Shown in pieces: positions 40,355-53,924 of a stretch of 64,000 nucleotides of DNA. Each line of letters opens with the position of its first letter. Within the stretch, counting starts at the first letter, position 1. Position numbers and translations under genes: made by a program. The stretch lies in contig NC_042999.1 of assembly GCF_006345805.1 (NCBI RefSeq), positions 20,832,001 to 20,896,000 of the forward strand, in the 5' to 3' direction. A model generated the notes under the pieces. That model was given only the letters and a program-made list of their open reading frames with translations. It had not been told where the DNA came from and searched no databases. This stretch comes from Octopus sinensis (Eukaryota).

Positions 40355-41010
40355 GAAGCTCGCTTTGCAGCCATGTGGTTTCGGGTTCGGTTCCATTACG
40401 CGGCACATTGGACAGGCGCCTTCTACTGTAGCCCGGGCTGCTCAATGACTTGTGAATGGAATTATTAGAATGAATCGGTGTGGAAGCACATCCCCCGTGT
40501 GTGTGTGCCTGTGTGTGTATGTGTGTTTGTATATGTGTATTTGTGTTTGTCTTGCAGCACCGCTTGACAGACAGGTGGTTTGTTGGTTTCTTTCAATACC
40601 CATAACCTAGCGGATTATGGAGGCGCGTGGATTAGTGGTTAGGGTATCAGCACCATGATCGTAAGATTGTGGTTTCGATTCCTGGACCGGGAGACGCGTT
40701 CGGTTCTTGAGCAAAACACTTCATTTCACGTTGCTCCAGTCCACTCAGCTGACAAAAATGAGTAACGCTGCGATGGACTGGCGTCCCGTCCAGCTGGGGA
40801 ACACATACGCCATAGAAACCGGGAAAACGGGCCCATGAGCCTTGATAGGCTTTAAAAGGGCTAAATTTATCATTTTTTTAACCTAGCGGATTGGAAAAGC
40901 TACGAACGGAATAAATACTAGACATAAATATAAGTAGCAGGTTCTGTTTTTTCGACTATACCATTCTAGGCGGTACCTTCACTGCCCGCAGTCCAATGAA
41001 GCAAGTAAAA
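40355..41010 (+). mobile_element. degenerate SINE B interrupted by a SINE D
   Basis: B body to 40616; tail resumes after 40892. Confidence 0.7.
40617..40878 (+). mobile_element. SINE family D with V-domain-like tail
   Basis: 14-bp TSD TAACCTAGCGGATT at 40603-40616 and 40879-40892. Confidence 0.92.
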
Positions 41011-41289
41011 GATAAAATGTAAATATATATACATGAGATTTGAACGTATGTCTTGTTAAAATATATAAATATGATGAATAGATAATCAATTGATTTTTTG
41101 GCTTTTTCGTAATCAAAAAGAATTGATCAAACAAGAATTATTACTATTGACTCAAAGGGATGATGGTAATGAAATTATTGATGTCCACACGTTTCTCAAG
41201 GTATTACAAACTTATGTGAATCGAAAGCAGAATCGAAATCGATCTGTGTTTCAGTAACGTATTGACCTTAGCCAGATGTTAGTGGCTTT

Positions 41290-41340
<51 letters not shown>

Positions 41341-41351
41341 TATAATATATA

Positions 41352-41413
<62 letters not shown>

Positions 41414-41416
41414 GCA

Positions 41417-41448
<32 letters not shown>

Positions 41449-41536
41449 CACACACATATATATATACATGCATACATATATATATATGTATCTAGTATAT
41501 ATATGTATATAGATGTATATATATGTATATATATAC

Positions 41537-41570
<34 letters not shown>

Positions 41571-41581
41571 TTGTGTGTGTG

Positions 41582-41615
<34 letters not shown>

Positions 41616-41630
41616 TGTATGTATGTATAT
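41290..41630. repeat. (TA)n/(TACA)n/(TGTA)n microsatellite tract
   Basis: Direct inspection. Confidence 0.95.
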
Positions 41631-41949
41631 AGTTTTATGGCCATGTCTGAGAAGTCGGTGATAAAGACTTAGTAAACCAACGCAGTGATGTTGGTGTTAT
41701 GTAAACCAGGTACGTTTTATGTCATTGATACTTTTGAGAAATGTTTGAACGTCACAACTTGCAATTTCTTCCAGCCGTCAAATGCCAGACATCCGTGTAA
41801 TTAAGATGAAAACATTTCATATATATATTTCTCAAAAGACTTAATTTTATTTCAACTTGTCACTGCTAGGCTGTCGTGTTTCCAAGTGTGTAAATACGCC
41901 AGAAACTGTTGCATAATTTATTTATCCACCGTTCTTCTTCATCTTCTAT

Positions 41950-42290
41950 TCCTGTTAGGTTTGTTGGGGTAAAGACCTCAGGCACCTCCTCCAGAGGGTT
42001 TTTATTAGAAGTAACCCCCATTACACATTCCAGATAGATTCCCATGCATTACAATCTTAGACTATAGATGCTATCGAGCTAGCTCAATTTTCGTCTGCGC
42101 TTAGGCCTCCTTCCGGTTGAATCAGTTTGAAGTATCCGTCTGTGATCTCTTCCTGCAACATTTTATGTGCACTTTCGCACAGCCGGGATTGGGACCTCTC
42201 AAAACAGAGAAGTAACGGCTCTGCCTGGAAAGACTCCTAATCGCCGAGTTAAACACCGTGTCTGGGAAATTTTCCATTACAGCTGAGTCA
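41950..42290 (-). mobile_element. RTE-clade LINE 3' fragment
   Basis: Minus-strand ESFQAEPLLLCFERSQSR...WRRCLRSLP resembles the RTE C-terminus (EPLLLxIERSQLRW). Confidence 0.65.
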
Positions 42291-42494
42291 ATTATGCTGA
42301 TAATAAATGTCATAGAGAGGTTTTTATTCAACAGAATTATATTTAGTTATGATGGGTATTGTAGCAGATATTAAACAACTTAAACTATAGAAACAATGAT
42401 AACAGCTGTAAAAGTTTAACCTCCCATTTGGAGGTTTTTTTATTGGTAAACTCCTAATTATTGCACTTTATATTCAAACTAAATTTCTAAGTTG

Positions 42495-43050
42495 CAGGAG
42501 TGGCTGTGTGGTAAATAGTTTGCTTACCAATCACAGTCCCGCTGCATTGCACCTTGGACAAGTGTCTTCTACTATAGACTCAGGCCGACCAAAGTCTTGT
42601 GAGTGGATGTGGTAGACGGAAACTGAAACAAGCACATCGTATATATGTATATATGTCTGTGTGTGTGTTTGTGCGTCTATGTTTGTCCCCCCAACGTCGC
42701 TTGACAACCGATGCATGGCACCTTGGACAAGTGTCTTCTACTATAACATCAGGCCATCAAAGCCTTGTGAGTGGATTTGGTAGATGGAAACTGAAAGGAG
42801 CCCTTCGTATATATCTATATATGCCCCTATGTGTGTGTTTGTGTGTCTGTGTTTGTCCCGCCACCATCGCTTGATAACCGATGCTGGTGTGTTTACGTCA
42901 TCGTAACTTAGTGCTTCGGCAAAAGAGACCGAGAGAACAAGTACTGGGCTTACAAAGTATAAGTCCTGGGGTCGATTTGCTCGGCCAAAAGGTAGTGTTG
43001 CAGCATGGCCACAGTCACATGACTGAAACAAGTAAATGAGTAACAGAGTA
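42495..43050 (+). mobile_element. SINE family B with internal duplication of the CORE-like body
   Basis: GCACCTTGGACAAGTGTCTTCTACTATA occurs at ~42550 and again at ~42718. Confidence 0.85.
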
Positions 43051-43709
43051 ATATCTGTTGTATAAGCACAACTCATTGAACAAACTCAATCAATGCTTAG
43101 GGAGGGTGTACAATTAATGGGAAGTTTCCCTTTACACCAATTATACTGGTTAATCCAAGGCGAAACGAGATGATTTATTGATTCTAACAATGATTAGTCT
43201 CACAAAAGACTAAAGGCTATTCTTCGTAAGGATTTGTATTTCTACGATCTTCAGTAGTAGATATGAATAATAACAAACTGGCTTGCAGAAACTCTACCAC
43301 AAGATTCCTGTTTTAGGATGGTTTATCTGAAACCACACGTGTCTCTATCTTTTTTAATTTGCAAATTTGGAAGGATATAAATATTTGTAAATTCAATAGT
43401 GTTAAGGAAATAAACTAACATTTATTCTTACTTATTCATAGTATGGTAGCATTTATAGCCATATGGAATACAGTATGGGATATTTAGTAGTGTGGTTACG
43501 AATATAACAAACTGGCTTTGTTATTATCGAAACTATCAATCATACCTTATAATTCGAAACATGTAAAGGAGAAAATGAATGTAATTCACCGCTGTGAGCT
43601 AAGGGGTATCATGCAAATAAAAGTTGCATAATATAGTCGAATACATCACTCACAGGAAGAGACACACATACATCCATATACGCATATATACATATATTAA
43701 AACATACGT

Positions 43710-43748
<39 letters not shown>

Positions 43749-43974
43749 TAAACATAAAAGTTTTCTTTTCACAAATGTGTGTTTTTCAAAAGGACATGTT
43801 TAAAATACTGATAACTTAGGAATTGGTAGCTAGTCATGTAGAAAGAATTTTTAGTTGGCTGTCAAGGTAAGTTAAATCTGTAAACGTACGGAAAGATTTT
43901 AAGGAAACTACACTCACTGAAAAAAGGTTTTGCCATGGTATTACTGGTGGTGGTTTAAAGTGTCCTTTGCCCCT

Positions 43975-43981
43975 ATCATAT

Positions 43982-44060
<79 letters not shown>

Positions 44061-44109
44061 ATATATATATATATAATATATATATATATATTATATATAT
44101 ATAATATAT

Positions 44110-44170
<61 letters not shown>
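43975..44170. repeat. (CA)n(TA)n microsatellite
   Basis: Direct inspection. Confidence 0.95.
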
Positions 44171-44375
44171 GTTAATCCAAACAAGCAAACACAAAAAACA
44201 CAACAACGCGAGGACGTGGAATAATATAGTTTTATTGGACGCTCAGGAAAGAAGGGAAGAAGGAGGGTTCAACGTTTCGAGCGGAGCTCTTCGTCGGAAA
44301 CATAGGAGAAGGAAAGATCCCGAGAAGGGAAGACAGAGAGAAAAAAATCGCCAACGGTAAACACGAGGTCACATG
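44171..44375 (-). mobile_element. Penelope-like pLTR fragment with hammerhead motif and poly(A) signal
   Basis: Minus strand TGTTT-CCGACGA-A-GAGC(TCC)GCTC-GAAA-CGTT-GAAC (44266-44302), then AATAAA and a GT-rich tract. Confidence 0.6.
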
Positions 44376-44688
44376 CATACACATTAAATTAATAGCATTA
44401 TACGAATTTATATGAGCATATAATTATATTAAGGGAGCTAGGGCAAAAACTAACATCCTTGAAGTGCTAAGACCTTCAAAAACCTCCTAAAACCTCAAGA
44501 TTAAATATGTTCCCATAATATAAATATAAACATATGTATGTCATTATTAATTTAATGTATAAATCACCTATAAATTTATATAGCATGCTAACTACCTGAT
44601 AAAAATCATAAACGTGATTTTTATCCTTATATTCTATTATGAATTAAATTTATATATATATAATTATACAAACATATATATATGTATG

Positions 44689-44719
<31 letters not shown>

Positions 44720-45258
44720 TTGTATATATATGTGTGTGTATATATATATATAAATGCACATATAATTGATTAACTAACCAAAAGATGGATATGGTATTAA
44801 TCTATATTTTGTATGTTGATCGTTTCAACTCAACCGGCTTCAACACACTAATTCGACATGTACCCATTAGTCCCAAAATATTATACATACACACACACCA
44901 TTAAATATATATATATATATATATATTTGTAAAAAATGAAGTTCGAAAATGCTGCTATATTATACAATTTTTAAGTTTTATATATACATTATAACATGTT
45001 TCAGTTCCTGAAATGAACCTTATCAAAAGTTATATATAAAAAAAGATAGTTCATGCTATCAAATATAAGAAATTCATTTATAATACACAATGGAGTCAGA
45101 CATCATAAAGTTCATATATAGTTTGAAGTGAGTTCGTTCATGCTATATGTTTAAAGTATATGATGCAGTGGTTCGTGGTGGTGATATATAAAAAATAGAT
45201 GAAAGTGGTGCAATGCAGTCAATATAAAAAATTGATGTTCTGAAAGAGCGAGGAATTC

Positions 45259-45340
<82 letters not shown>

Positions 45341-45341
45341 A

Positions 45342-47346
45342 TTAGGGTTATGACATTTTGATTTTTGGAGAAGTAAATCAATTTCCTCTATCAAAAGTCG
45401 ATGAACAATTTCATATAAGAAGAGAAAGTAATCTATATTTTTAGTTTATTAAAAAAATATCACCCCCAGTTGAAGAAACCTAACAACACTTTTAACCCAA
45501 ATCATGCAAAATTCTAAGGGGATTCATAACGCCTACTCGACTTTTTACCAAGCTTGGTGTGCCGACTTAATGCAATGCAGAAGCAGTATATCTCAATTTC
45601 AGGTTTCATGTTTAAGTAGTTTAGGAGTTATAGAGTTTTAAATTTGTTACCACTTAGGCCCTACTTTAGGAAATATCCTCTTCCTCTCCTTTTTATTTCT
45701 GTGACACTAAAAACTCTGACTATATTAACAGCTTTTCAGAAATAGTAGGCTTCTCCAACTAGATCATCTAAAATAATGTCTTATAAGAGAAGTGTTCGTG
45801 TCGATCAAATAAATAAAAATATGGACGAATAATCTCGTGCTATTTCAAGACTCAAATCGGAAAAGAAGACCTGTTTCTCTAGAAGAACATTCTTTGGAAA
45901 ACAACAGCAGGATACCAGTGACACTTCAAATTGTCGGTCGCAAACTGTTCCTTGGAGGTACCATCGAAGAGAGGAAAGAAACAACAAAGGAAATTTCGAA
46001 AGAAGTAACTTATTATGGCAAAAGAAATTAAATTTCCCATATTTATCAATTCAAAATATACAAGCAAAAGTAGAAAAATGCTGAATACTTACGATGAAAG
46101 TGTAAAATGAGAAAAATACGATTCATGGAAAGGAATTTTTGACATCACAAAGGAAAAAGGTGAATGGTTGTGCAGTGAGGATAGTATATAATGTTAACTT
46201 CAAATTGAGAGCTAGGGAGAGTTTGGGTATGCAACTAGAATGGCAGCCAGTTCCAAACTATCCATCCAAAAGAAAAGTGTTCCACAATTATCTCAAGATG
46301 GAATCAACGTTGAGAATTTGGTATTTACAGATCGACTCTCAAAGCTGTTAAACTAAAGAAGACAATTAACAAAACGCTACATTTAGAAAACTGGCCATTG
46401 CATTTTAACATTAAACGTATTGATGACCAAGAAACCAAGTGTTTGTTTTAAAGAGTGAACAGAGAGAAGTTAAGTTAGAAGCACTCCGATTACCAACGGG
46501 AAAAGCCGATATGTTGAGAAAGAATAACAGCTGTTAATACAAGTTATGGAGGTGATTAATAAAATTTATGGAACTGTGTAAAGATGATTGTCACTGATCC
46601 AGCGAGAGGGAAAAGAAATGGAATTACCATTCGGTTTCAAAGACTGTTTAATCAAAATTGTTTGAAGGAACCGCAGTTTATTGGCTTTCAGTATCGTGCC
46701 CTTGATAGAGTTCTTCGTGTTGTAACGGATAACGAACTTGGAGAAAAAGTGTCATCTCCTAATATTGAATATACATTCATCCCGAAGCTTCTAAGTAATT
46801 AACGAAACTCCAGGTCAATTTCAACAATGGTGAAGAAAAGATCACTGAATCAGTAGGATGGCGATATACATGTAATTTCTATTTCATTTGCCCAAAGTTT
46901 TTCGCTTTTCGGCAAATTTCCTACAGTAAAGTTTCAAAAAATACCCAACTTAAGTAATACAAGATGGAATTCCCGACCAATACTAGCTCTGTTGGCATTT
47001 ATTCTTCTACTAGAGAAAAGAGTTTTCCTTCACAATGTTTGTCGATTCATCTCTTATAGCTGGGCAGATTTATGGTTTACTGACCAATTGTTAAATGCAC
47101 ATGATTATCAGAAATTATGTGGTTGCCTACAAGTTCATCAAAAAAGCATTGAACTTTGTAAAATAGTTTTGGTGTCGAGAACCATAAAAACTGGAAATTC
47201 CCAGCACAAATCAGAGTGCAGAACTGACACTTAAGTTGGGGGTGATGATTTTTTCTCCTAAATAATTGTTAGTTTCCTGACGTTTATAAAATTAACCATC
47301 GAATTACAGTATAGGGTTATTATGTTGTGAAAACGTCATAGCCCTA

Positions 47347-47347
<1 letters not shown>
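45342..47347 (+). mobile_element. decayed DDE DNA transposon, Spy/PHIS-like transposase remnant
   Basis: TIRs TTAGGGTTATGACATTTT / AAAACGTCATAGCCCTAA (16/18 match). Remnants MIVTD, EPQFIGxQYxALDRVLR, KIPNLSNTRWNSR, LALLAFILL, SYSWADLWF. Confidence 0.7.
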
Positions 47348-47416
<69 letters not shown>

Positions 47417-47494
47417 ATAATGTGATACAATTCTTTGGTGTAGCAATTGCATGCGGCTGAAGTGGGCTTTTAAACTATCTGTTATGTCGATTAT

Positions 47495-47660
47495 GCATTG
47501 ATGTAAGAATAAGTTGTTTTATAAAGCTCGAAACATGTGTACCGCAACATCCTTTGTGTCCTGTTTTTCATTTTATTTCATTTGATACATATATCCTCTC
47601 ACCTATGCTACTAGCTGGCATATACAGGTGCTTACATTTATCATGTATTCACCCTGAATT
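47495..47660 (+). mobile_element. degenerate Penelope-like 3' fragment
   Basis: TTGATGT...GCTCGAAACATGT, a decayed hammerhead-like layout. Confidence 0.3.
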
Positions 47661-48089
47661 TATATATATATATATATGTATATATGCATTTGTATGTATG
47701 TATACGTATACTGTGTCTTAATTACTAGAACTGGATATAGTCATATATAATCTATGAAAACGCTTAGCGAATTTCACCACTATTAATCACTGTGTTGGTT
47801 GGACACATCAGTGCAAGTTTACGATGAATGAGTATATTCCATTCATATCGTAAAGGTAAATATACATCTTATCTGTATTTGCAAGCAGTTTGATTAAAAT
47901 ACTTGAGAATTATGTGTTGTCATGTCACATAAACAAGAAATCGCCGTCAGTGACATGTTCAAATCAAGCAACTATTTGATTAGATGTCCAGTGATGTATC
48001 GCATCGATCAGCCATGCATCTCTTTAATATCATGTGTCTAGATAGTGAAAATGAACAGAGTATTGTATCCGTGATTAACGGGAGCCATT

Positions 48090-48360
48090 GACTTGACAGC
48101 ATTCACCCGAGGTGGGTTGAGGTGGCTTCACTCATTATTAATGTTGCATCTCTCACAAACGCCGACCAGGCCTGACGATTTGAGGCTAACGACCGCGTGA
48201 GCTCCAACCACTCCTTATTCCAACGGCGAACGCTGTAGATATGGGGGCCTCGGTTGGGTTCCAGATCAGCCTTCACTGTCATCAGCCAGGTTTTTCATTG
48301 TCATTGTGTAGCGTGCAGTACTCCATCCTTTCAATTGCTGAGTATAATTGGTTACCTGTT
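48090..48360 (-). mobile_element. RTE-clade LINE 3' end
   Basis: Minus-strand KTWLMTVKADLE...RRWNKEWLELTRSLASNRQAWSAFVRDA. Confidence 0.75.
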
Positions 48361-48399
48361 AAGAAATATGGACATGGAAAGCATAGTTAAAATTGGCTA

Positions 48400-50620
48400 G
48401 GCTCGAACATATAATAATAAACGTATTTAATGTATCGCTGAGTTATAAGCATACATACACCACAAGGAAAAGATATGTTCTCTTATGGAAAGCAGCATCC
48501 CTCTGGACAATATAAGAAAAAGAAGGCATCTATGGACTATTGATAAAGAGTTCGCAAATCCTCTCTCCAAGACACTTTCAGCTTCATATCATTTATTAAT
48601 AGAGCAACACGATAAATACCAACCCATCTGGAGCAAGCTATTGCTCAACTTCGTTTCTTCGGGGAAGGACGCAAATTCTTAATTTATTCGCTGCAAATGA
48701 TCTCGAAGTCTTGGACTATAAAATATGAAAGACCTGGATAGCCGATTACAATTTCTTCTAAACTAAGAGCATATATATTATGTTTACACTTGACAAAAGT
48801 TTTGGTGGGAATGTTGCACCAATACTCCTGTTATTGTTTGTATTTATTCAAGAACATGGTTAATCTTCTATGTGTATTCTAAGAAAATATGTTTTTTTCT
48901 GCGAGTGGTAACATACAGAGTGGGCAAGAATTCATGACTCACTTAATGGTTATATCTTTTAATATGCTTATATTATTGTTTTTGTATTACTTTATTTCTT
49001 AACATGCTTATATTATTGTTATTGTATTGTGTGACGAGTATTTTCTTTTTATTTTTCTTCAGAATTTGATTAACCCCACGGTACATCATTTGCTAAGCTT
49101 GGAGAGACGTGTTCAATGTGTGAGATTATTTGCTAAAACGGACAACATCTTTGACGTTTGCAGAGTAATGGAAGCAACTTATGGACCCACCGGCACCTGC
49201 GAGAAAGACTGTTGCTTGGATTAATAAGTTATTTGATAAAACAGCTAGATGACCGAGATCTTCTCCAACAAAGGAAAATAACGAATGCTTGAGAACTGAG
49301 TTAGACAATTCTCCGCAAAAATCCAAGCCATCAAGACGTTTATCAGATCTTCTGAATATTTGAAAGATTTCTTTAACACGTTTGTTCCCTGATATGAAAC
49401 TGTATCCTTATATCCAGAGTTTGATCTATGAGACTAATAGAAGATTATCCAGGTCGTCGCTTGTTGCAGAAGAATGGCTGGATAAGTTGAACGATTAACC
49501 CCCACCCCCATTTGAAGAGCATGTTGTTTGGACTGATAAATCACAATTTTATGTTTCAGGGTGTGTTGTTCAGCATAGCTGTGTGTACTGGACACAACTA
49601 AATCCTCAAACCACAATTGGGTATGACCACTAGAGTCCTGGCATAATAGTGTGAGCAGGTATGAGTTACAACGGACTAGCGGACCCATTCTTTTCTGATG
49701 GTGGAGTAAATGGGTCACGTATCTGAAACTTTTACAAAACCAAGTTCCCCCTAAGTTAAAGGAAGAAGAAAACTTTTTGAAGAATTATGGTGGCAGTAGG
49801 ATGGTGCTCCCCCCACATTATTCACTGGCTTCCATGACCCGATGAATGAATTTTTTCCCTGATCATTGGAATGGGAGGCAAGGGCCTGTGTAGGGCCAAA
49901 TTGCTCATCTGATTTGTTGCTACCAGACATTTTTGTGGGATTATCTTTCGTCAGAAGATTAACAATCTTGAACATCTTAAACAAGTTATTATCCAATAAT
50001 GTGAAACAATCCCAGTAGAGATGTGTCGTAAAGCATGCAAAATGTTTCAATACGGATACAAGCTTGTGTTGTAGCAGGATACACAGTTGACCATGAAATG
50101 GAAAATTGATTTAACGAAACAGTGCATTCATTAACTTTGTACAAATGAACAATATACCCTGTATACTGTTTTAGCGAAAACGTCGTGTCGCATTGGGAGG
50201 TAGTAACTTGACCACATATTTGGGCAGCCACTAATCACGTGGCATGTCTTCCACGGAAATATGACGTAATCTACATTTTTTGTTCCATCCTGCGGTACCA
50301 AGGGCTTCACCGATTTCATGGAGTAGATTTCCAGAAGGCTGAATCTGTAGCACAAGAACTCCTGAGAACATATGCACAGATACTCGTACGTATTACGCAC
50401 AAACTCACAAAGATCACCTATGTTCACGTACCCAAAATTTCGCATCATGTTGTTATTTAGAGTCAGGCTTTAAAATAAGTTCATCCTGCGTGAGCTGAGA
50501 TACTGTGTAGCCGAAAAACGATGAGATATGTCGAAATCTTATATGCACACATACTCTTATATGAACACATCCTAGAGTCATTGTATAAACTTGTCTATAT
50601 CACATAGTAAATCTGTAGAC
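48400..50620 (-). mobile_element. RLE-type (R4/NeSL/CRE group) LINE 3' half, split by a Tc1/mariner element
   Basis: Zn-knuckle remnant HVISGCPN...YYLPMRHDVFAKTV at ~50165-50260, continuing past the insertion as EYWCNIPTKTFVKCKHN at ~48770-48820. Confidence 0.7.
48916..50161 (+). mobile_element. decayed Tc1/mariner-superfamily transposon (DGAPPH / WP..S.DL type)
   Basis: TA|CAGAGTG ... TACCCTG|TA termini with TA TSD. Remnants VVWTDKSQF, WWQ*DGAPP, FFPDHWNGRQGPV, FLWDYL. Confidence 0.85.
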
Positions 50621-50961
50621 ACTGCGAAGGGAACCTCATGTTTCACCGGAGGAGAGGATAGCTTCAGAAACGTATTGTGGAGTGCAGAGAGCAAGATAAG
50701 GTAAGCTAGACATTTTGGGCATCCACTGCAACCGTCTCCATCTCCATGCGGCTTCTTGATCTGGTCTTTCTAGGGCAGGAAAATGGTCACAGACGAGAGA
50801 GTGATGCCTATCGTGCGCAACACGTTTTCACGTTGAAAATAGTCAACGCGCAAACTATCAATCATCCTCGCATAACAAGATGGTCTGACGGACGAAAAAA
50901 ATTGTCGTATATTACTGTCTTATATTAAGTAATTGCCCTTACATTACACACATTCTATGTC

Positions 50962-51173
50962 ATTCTATATTTGAGAAATGAGGAATTATGTACATTATTT
51001 ACATTATTTACAGTTGACGCCTATTTGTCCTCACCTCGAAAAATACCTTAGGAATGAGAACCCAGGTTTGAAATTTCCCCAGGACACCCGAAGAGGGCTG
51101 GAGAGTATCTCAGCCAAGACGCTGTGTTAACAACAATCAAGATGAGGACAAATATCCGCCAAATGTAAATTAT
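50962..51173. mobile_element. second locus of the hammerhead-tail element, inverted arrangement, heads absent
   Basis: Left arm (-) 50963-51036, right arm (+) 51039-51170 with degenerate hammerhead at 51082-51128. 10-bp direct repeat ATTCTATGTC at 50952-50961 and 51174-51183. Confidence 0.7.
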
Positions 51174-51659
51174 ATTCTATGTCCTTGTTCTGTATAAGAT
51201 TGTATGAAAGACAGGCTAAAATGTCGACAATACACTGTACTAGTAAAACAAACTTTGTTTGTATAGCTATATATTCTAATTGAGGAAAATATACATTTAC
51301 CACATATTATTTACGTAACAAAATAACCTTCGTTCAGGAAACAATTCCGAAAGATGTAGCTACCGTTTACCTATATTTATCTGGAATATGCAATCTCAAT
51401 TGGGTAAATATTTCATCGTATCATACTTAAGTCTAATCGATACTGAAAACCGAATATTAGACCATGACTGAATCAATGTTTGCACGTTCATACTTACATA
51501 TGCTTACCTGGAATTATGGCATTCACGTGAAGAATAAATTCATATCGGATTCAGCGTTCACGTCCGACATTAAACTTGCATAGATCTATTTATCTCTTCG
51601 GGATATAATTCCTTATGAAATGATGTGTGGACTTATATATAGAAAGTCACATTTGTCTG

Positions 51660-51818
51660 TGTGCGCTTATGTGTGTGTGTGTGTTTGTATGTAGAAAAAA
51701 TATATATACCTACATATATACATACATATATAGCTATATTATACTCATGTATATATATAGATATAAGTATAAGTATATATGTGTATATATACACACACAC
51801 ATATATATATATATAATA

Positions 51819-51856
<38 letters not shown>

Positions 51857-51935
51857 GTATATATATAGATATAAGTATAAGTATATATATGTATATACAC
51901 ACACACACATATATATATGAACAGACATATTGGAG

Positions 51936-51973
<38 letters not shown>

Positions 51974-52214
51974 GTAAATATATATATATATATACACGCA
52001 TTTATATATGTATCCACAATATTTATTTGTTATAAGCATAATATATTATAAATACACAAATACACATACATCAACACCCAAATCAAATGAACCGACAGAA
52101 GCACATCAGTAAGTATACACACGCACATATATATGTATATACGTGAAGTGCATGTGTGTGTGTGCATGTGCATGTATAACTGCGCCTGTACATACACACA
52201 CACACACACACACA

Positions 52215-52269
<55 letters not shown>

Positions 52270-52372
52270 GTATGTATATATATATATACTTACATATATA
52301 TATATACATTTATATATATACACGCATATATATATAATATATATATATAGATAGATATACATACATACATGA

Positions 52373-52455
<83 letters not shown>

Positions 52456-52470
52456 TATGTACACACGTAC
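51660..52470. repeat. (TA)n/(CA)n low-complexity tract with a local ~100-bp duplication
   Basis: ATATAGATATAAGTATAAGTATATAT occurs twice. Confidence 0.9.
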
Positions 52471-52954
52471 ATGGATAGGTATGAGGAAGTATGTACACGT
52501 GTACGTTTTATATTTTATTGTATTTACAGTTCGCTTTGTAAGCCGGAGTTACCTCTGAAGATTACCGTAACAATAAATCAAGACGGTCTTAGAAAGTCTA
52601 TAAATTTCCTCTCTCTATTATCTAAAAGATTCCAAGTATTCCTTTTGGCCAAAAATATATTCTTTAAAAGAAACACGGAAGTAGATGTATTGCATACTTT
52701 ACGAAATTGAAAATCTCATATTGTGGTATGATTTATATACAATGTTTTCCTTCCGGAAAGAAGAACCTAGCCGCGAATACTGCATAATCGATCCATCTTT
52801 AGCAGTTGAGGGATTGAAGGCCGATTAGATTACCGATGCAGCCTATCTTGAGACGATTGTTTTTTTTTTGTTTTCCAATGGAAGTTGATTAATAGTAATA
52901 GTAAAAGATAGCAAAATTAATATCCCTGTATATGATAGTAATAAGGTTAATAAT

Positions 52955-53010
52955 ATAAATGGCCATAATGATGATGATAATGGTGGAGGTAATAATGATG
53001 ATGTCATTAA

Positions 53011-53096
<86 letters not shown>

Positions 53097-53102
53097 TTAA
53101 TA

Positions 53103-53148
<46 letters not shown>

Positions 53149-53210
53149 CGATGACGATGATGATGATGATGACGATGATTATGATGATGATGATGATAAT
53201 AATCATGTCT
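52955..53210. repeat. compound trinucleotide array (ATG)n(CTA)n(ATA)n(ATG)n
   Basis: Direct inspection. Explains the poly-L/I/M/S ORFs. Confidence 0.95.
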
Positions 53211-53770
53211 ACAATAGGCGCAAGGCCTGAAATTCGGGGAAAGGGACTAGTCGATTTCATCAACCCAATGTGTGTGGGTGTGTGTGTGTATATATATATA
53301 TATATTTATACATGCATATATAGTGTGTAAGTGCGTGAGTAAGTATATCACGCTTACACATATGTCCAGCCCTCACTTCACCTAAACATTTATCAATGCG
53401 TTTGTAGAGGATCGAAGGATACAGCTTTGGGAGGATTGTCATCTCAATATGCGATGTGGATCTGCTATTTCCAAGAAATGTATGTGGTTATCTGCGACAC
53501 ACATTGATCTCTGTCACTGTAAATCGCGCTTTCACCGATATTATTGCGTCCAGAGTGATGAAATGAAACTCCAAGCCTGATGTCATGTAAATCTTAATTT
53601 AGATTTCCTCAACTAACATCTTTACTTTTTATGTCTGCCTTGGTTCTATACTGCATATTTTGATTAGGGTTTATTTAATCGCTACAGGTATTAAACAAAA
53701 TGCGGTTAGAATTTACATATCATGCAGTACCACAGGAATATATACATATTATGTGTGTGTGTATATATAT

Positions 53771-53831
<61 letters not shown>

Positions 53832-53924
53832 ATGTGTGTGTGCGTGTATTATGTATACATTTATGTGTGTGTGTGTGCGTGAATGTGTGTGCGTGAATGT
53901 GTATGTGTTTGTGTGTATGTATGT

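Noticed and set aside
44598-44625. Perfect 11-bp stem hairpin as a Helitron 3' end or terminator
   Set aside because: No CTRR terminus or matching 5' end, and AT-rich hairpins arise easily here.
52889-53330. 123-124 aa ORFs on both strands
   Set aside because: Compound trinucleotide microsatellite.
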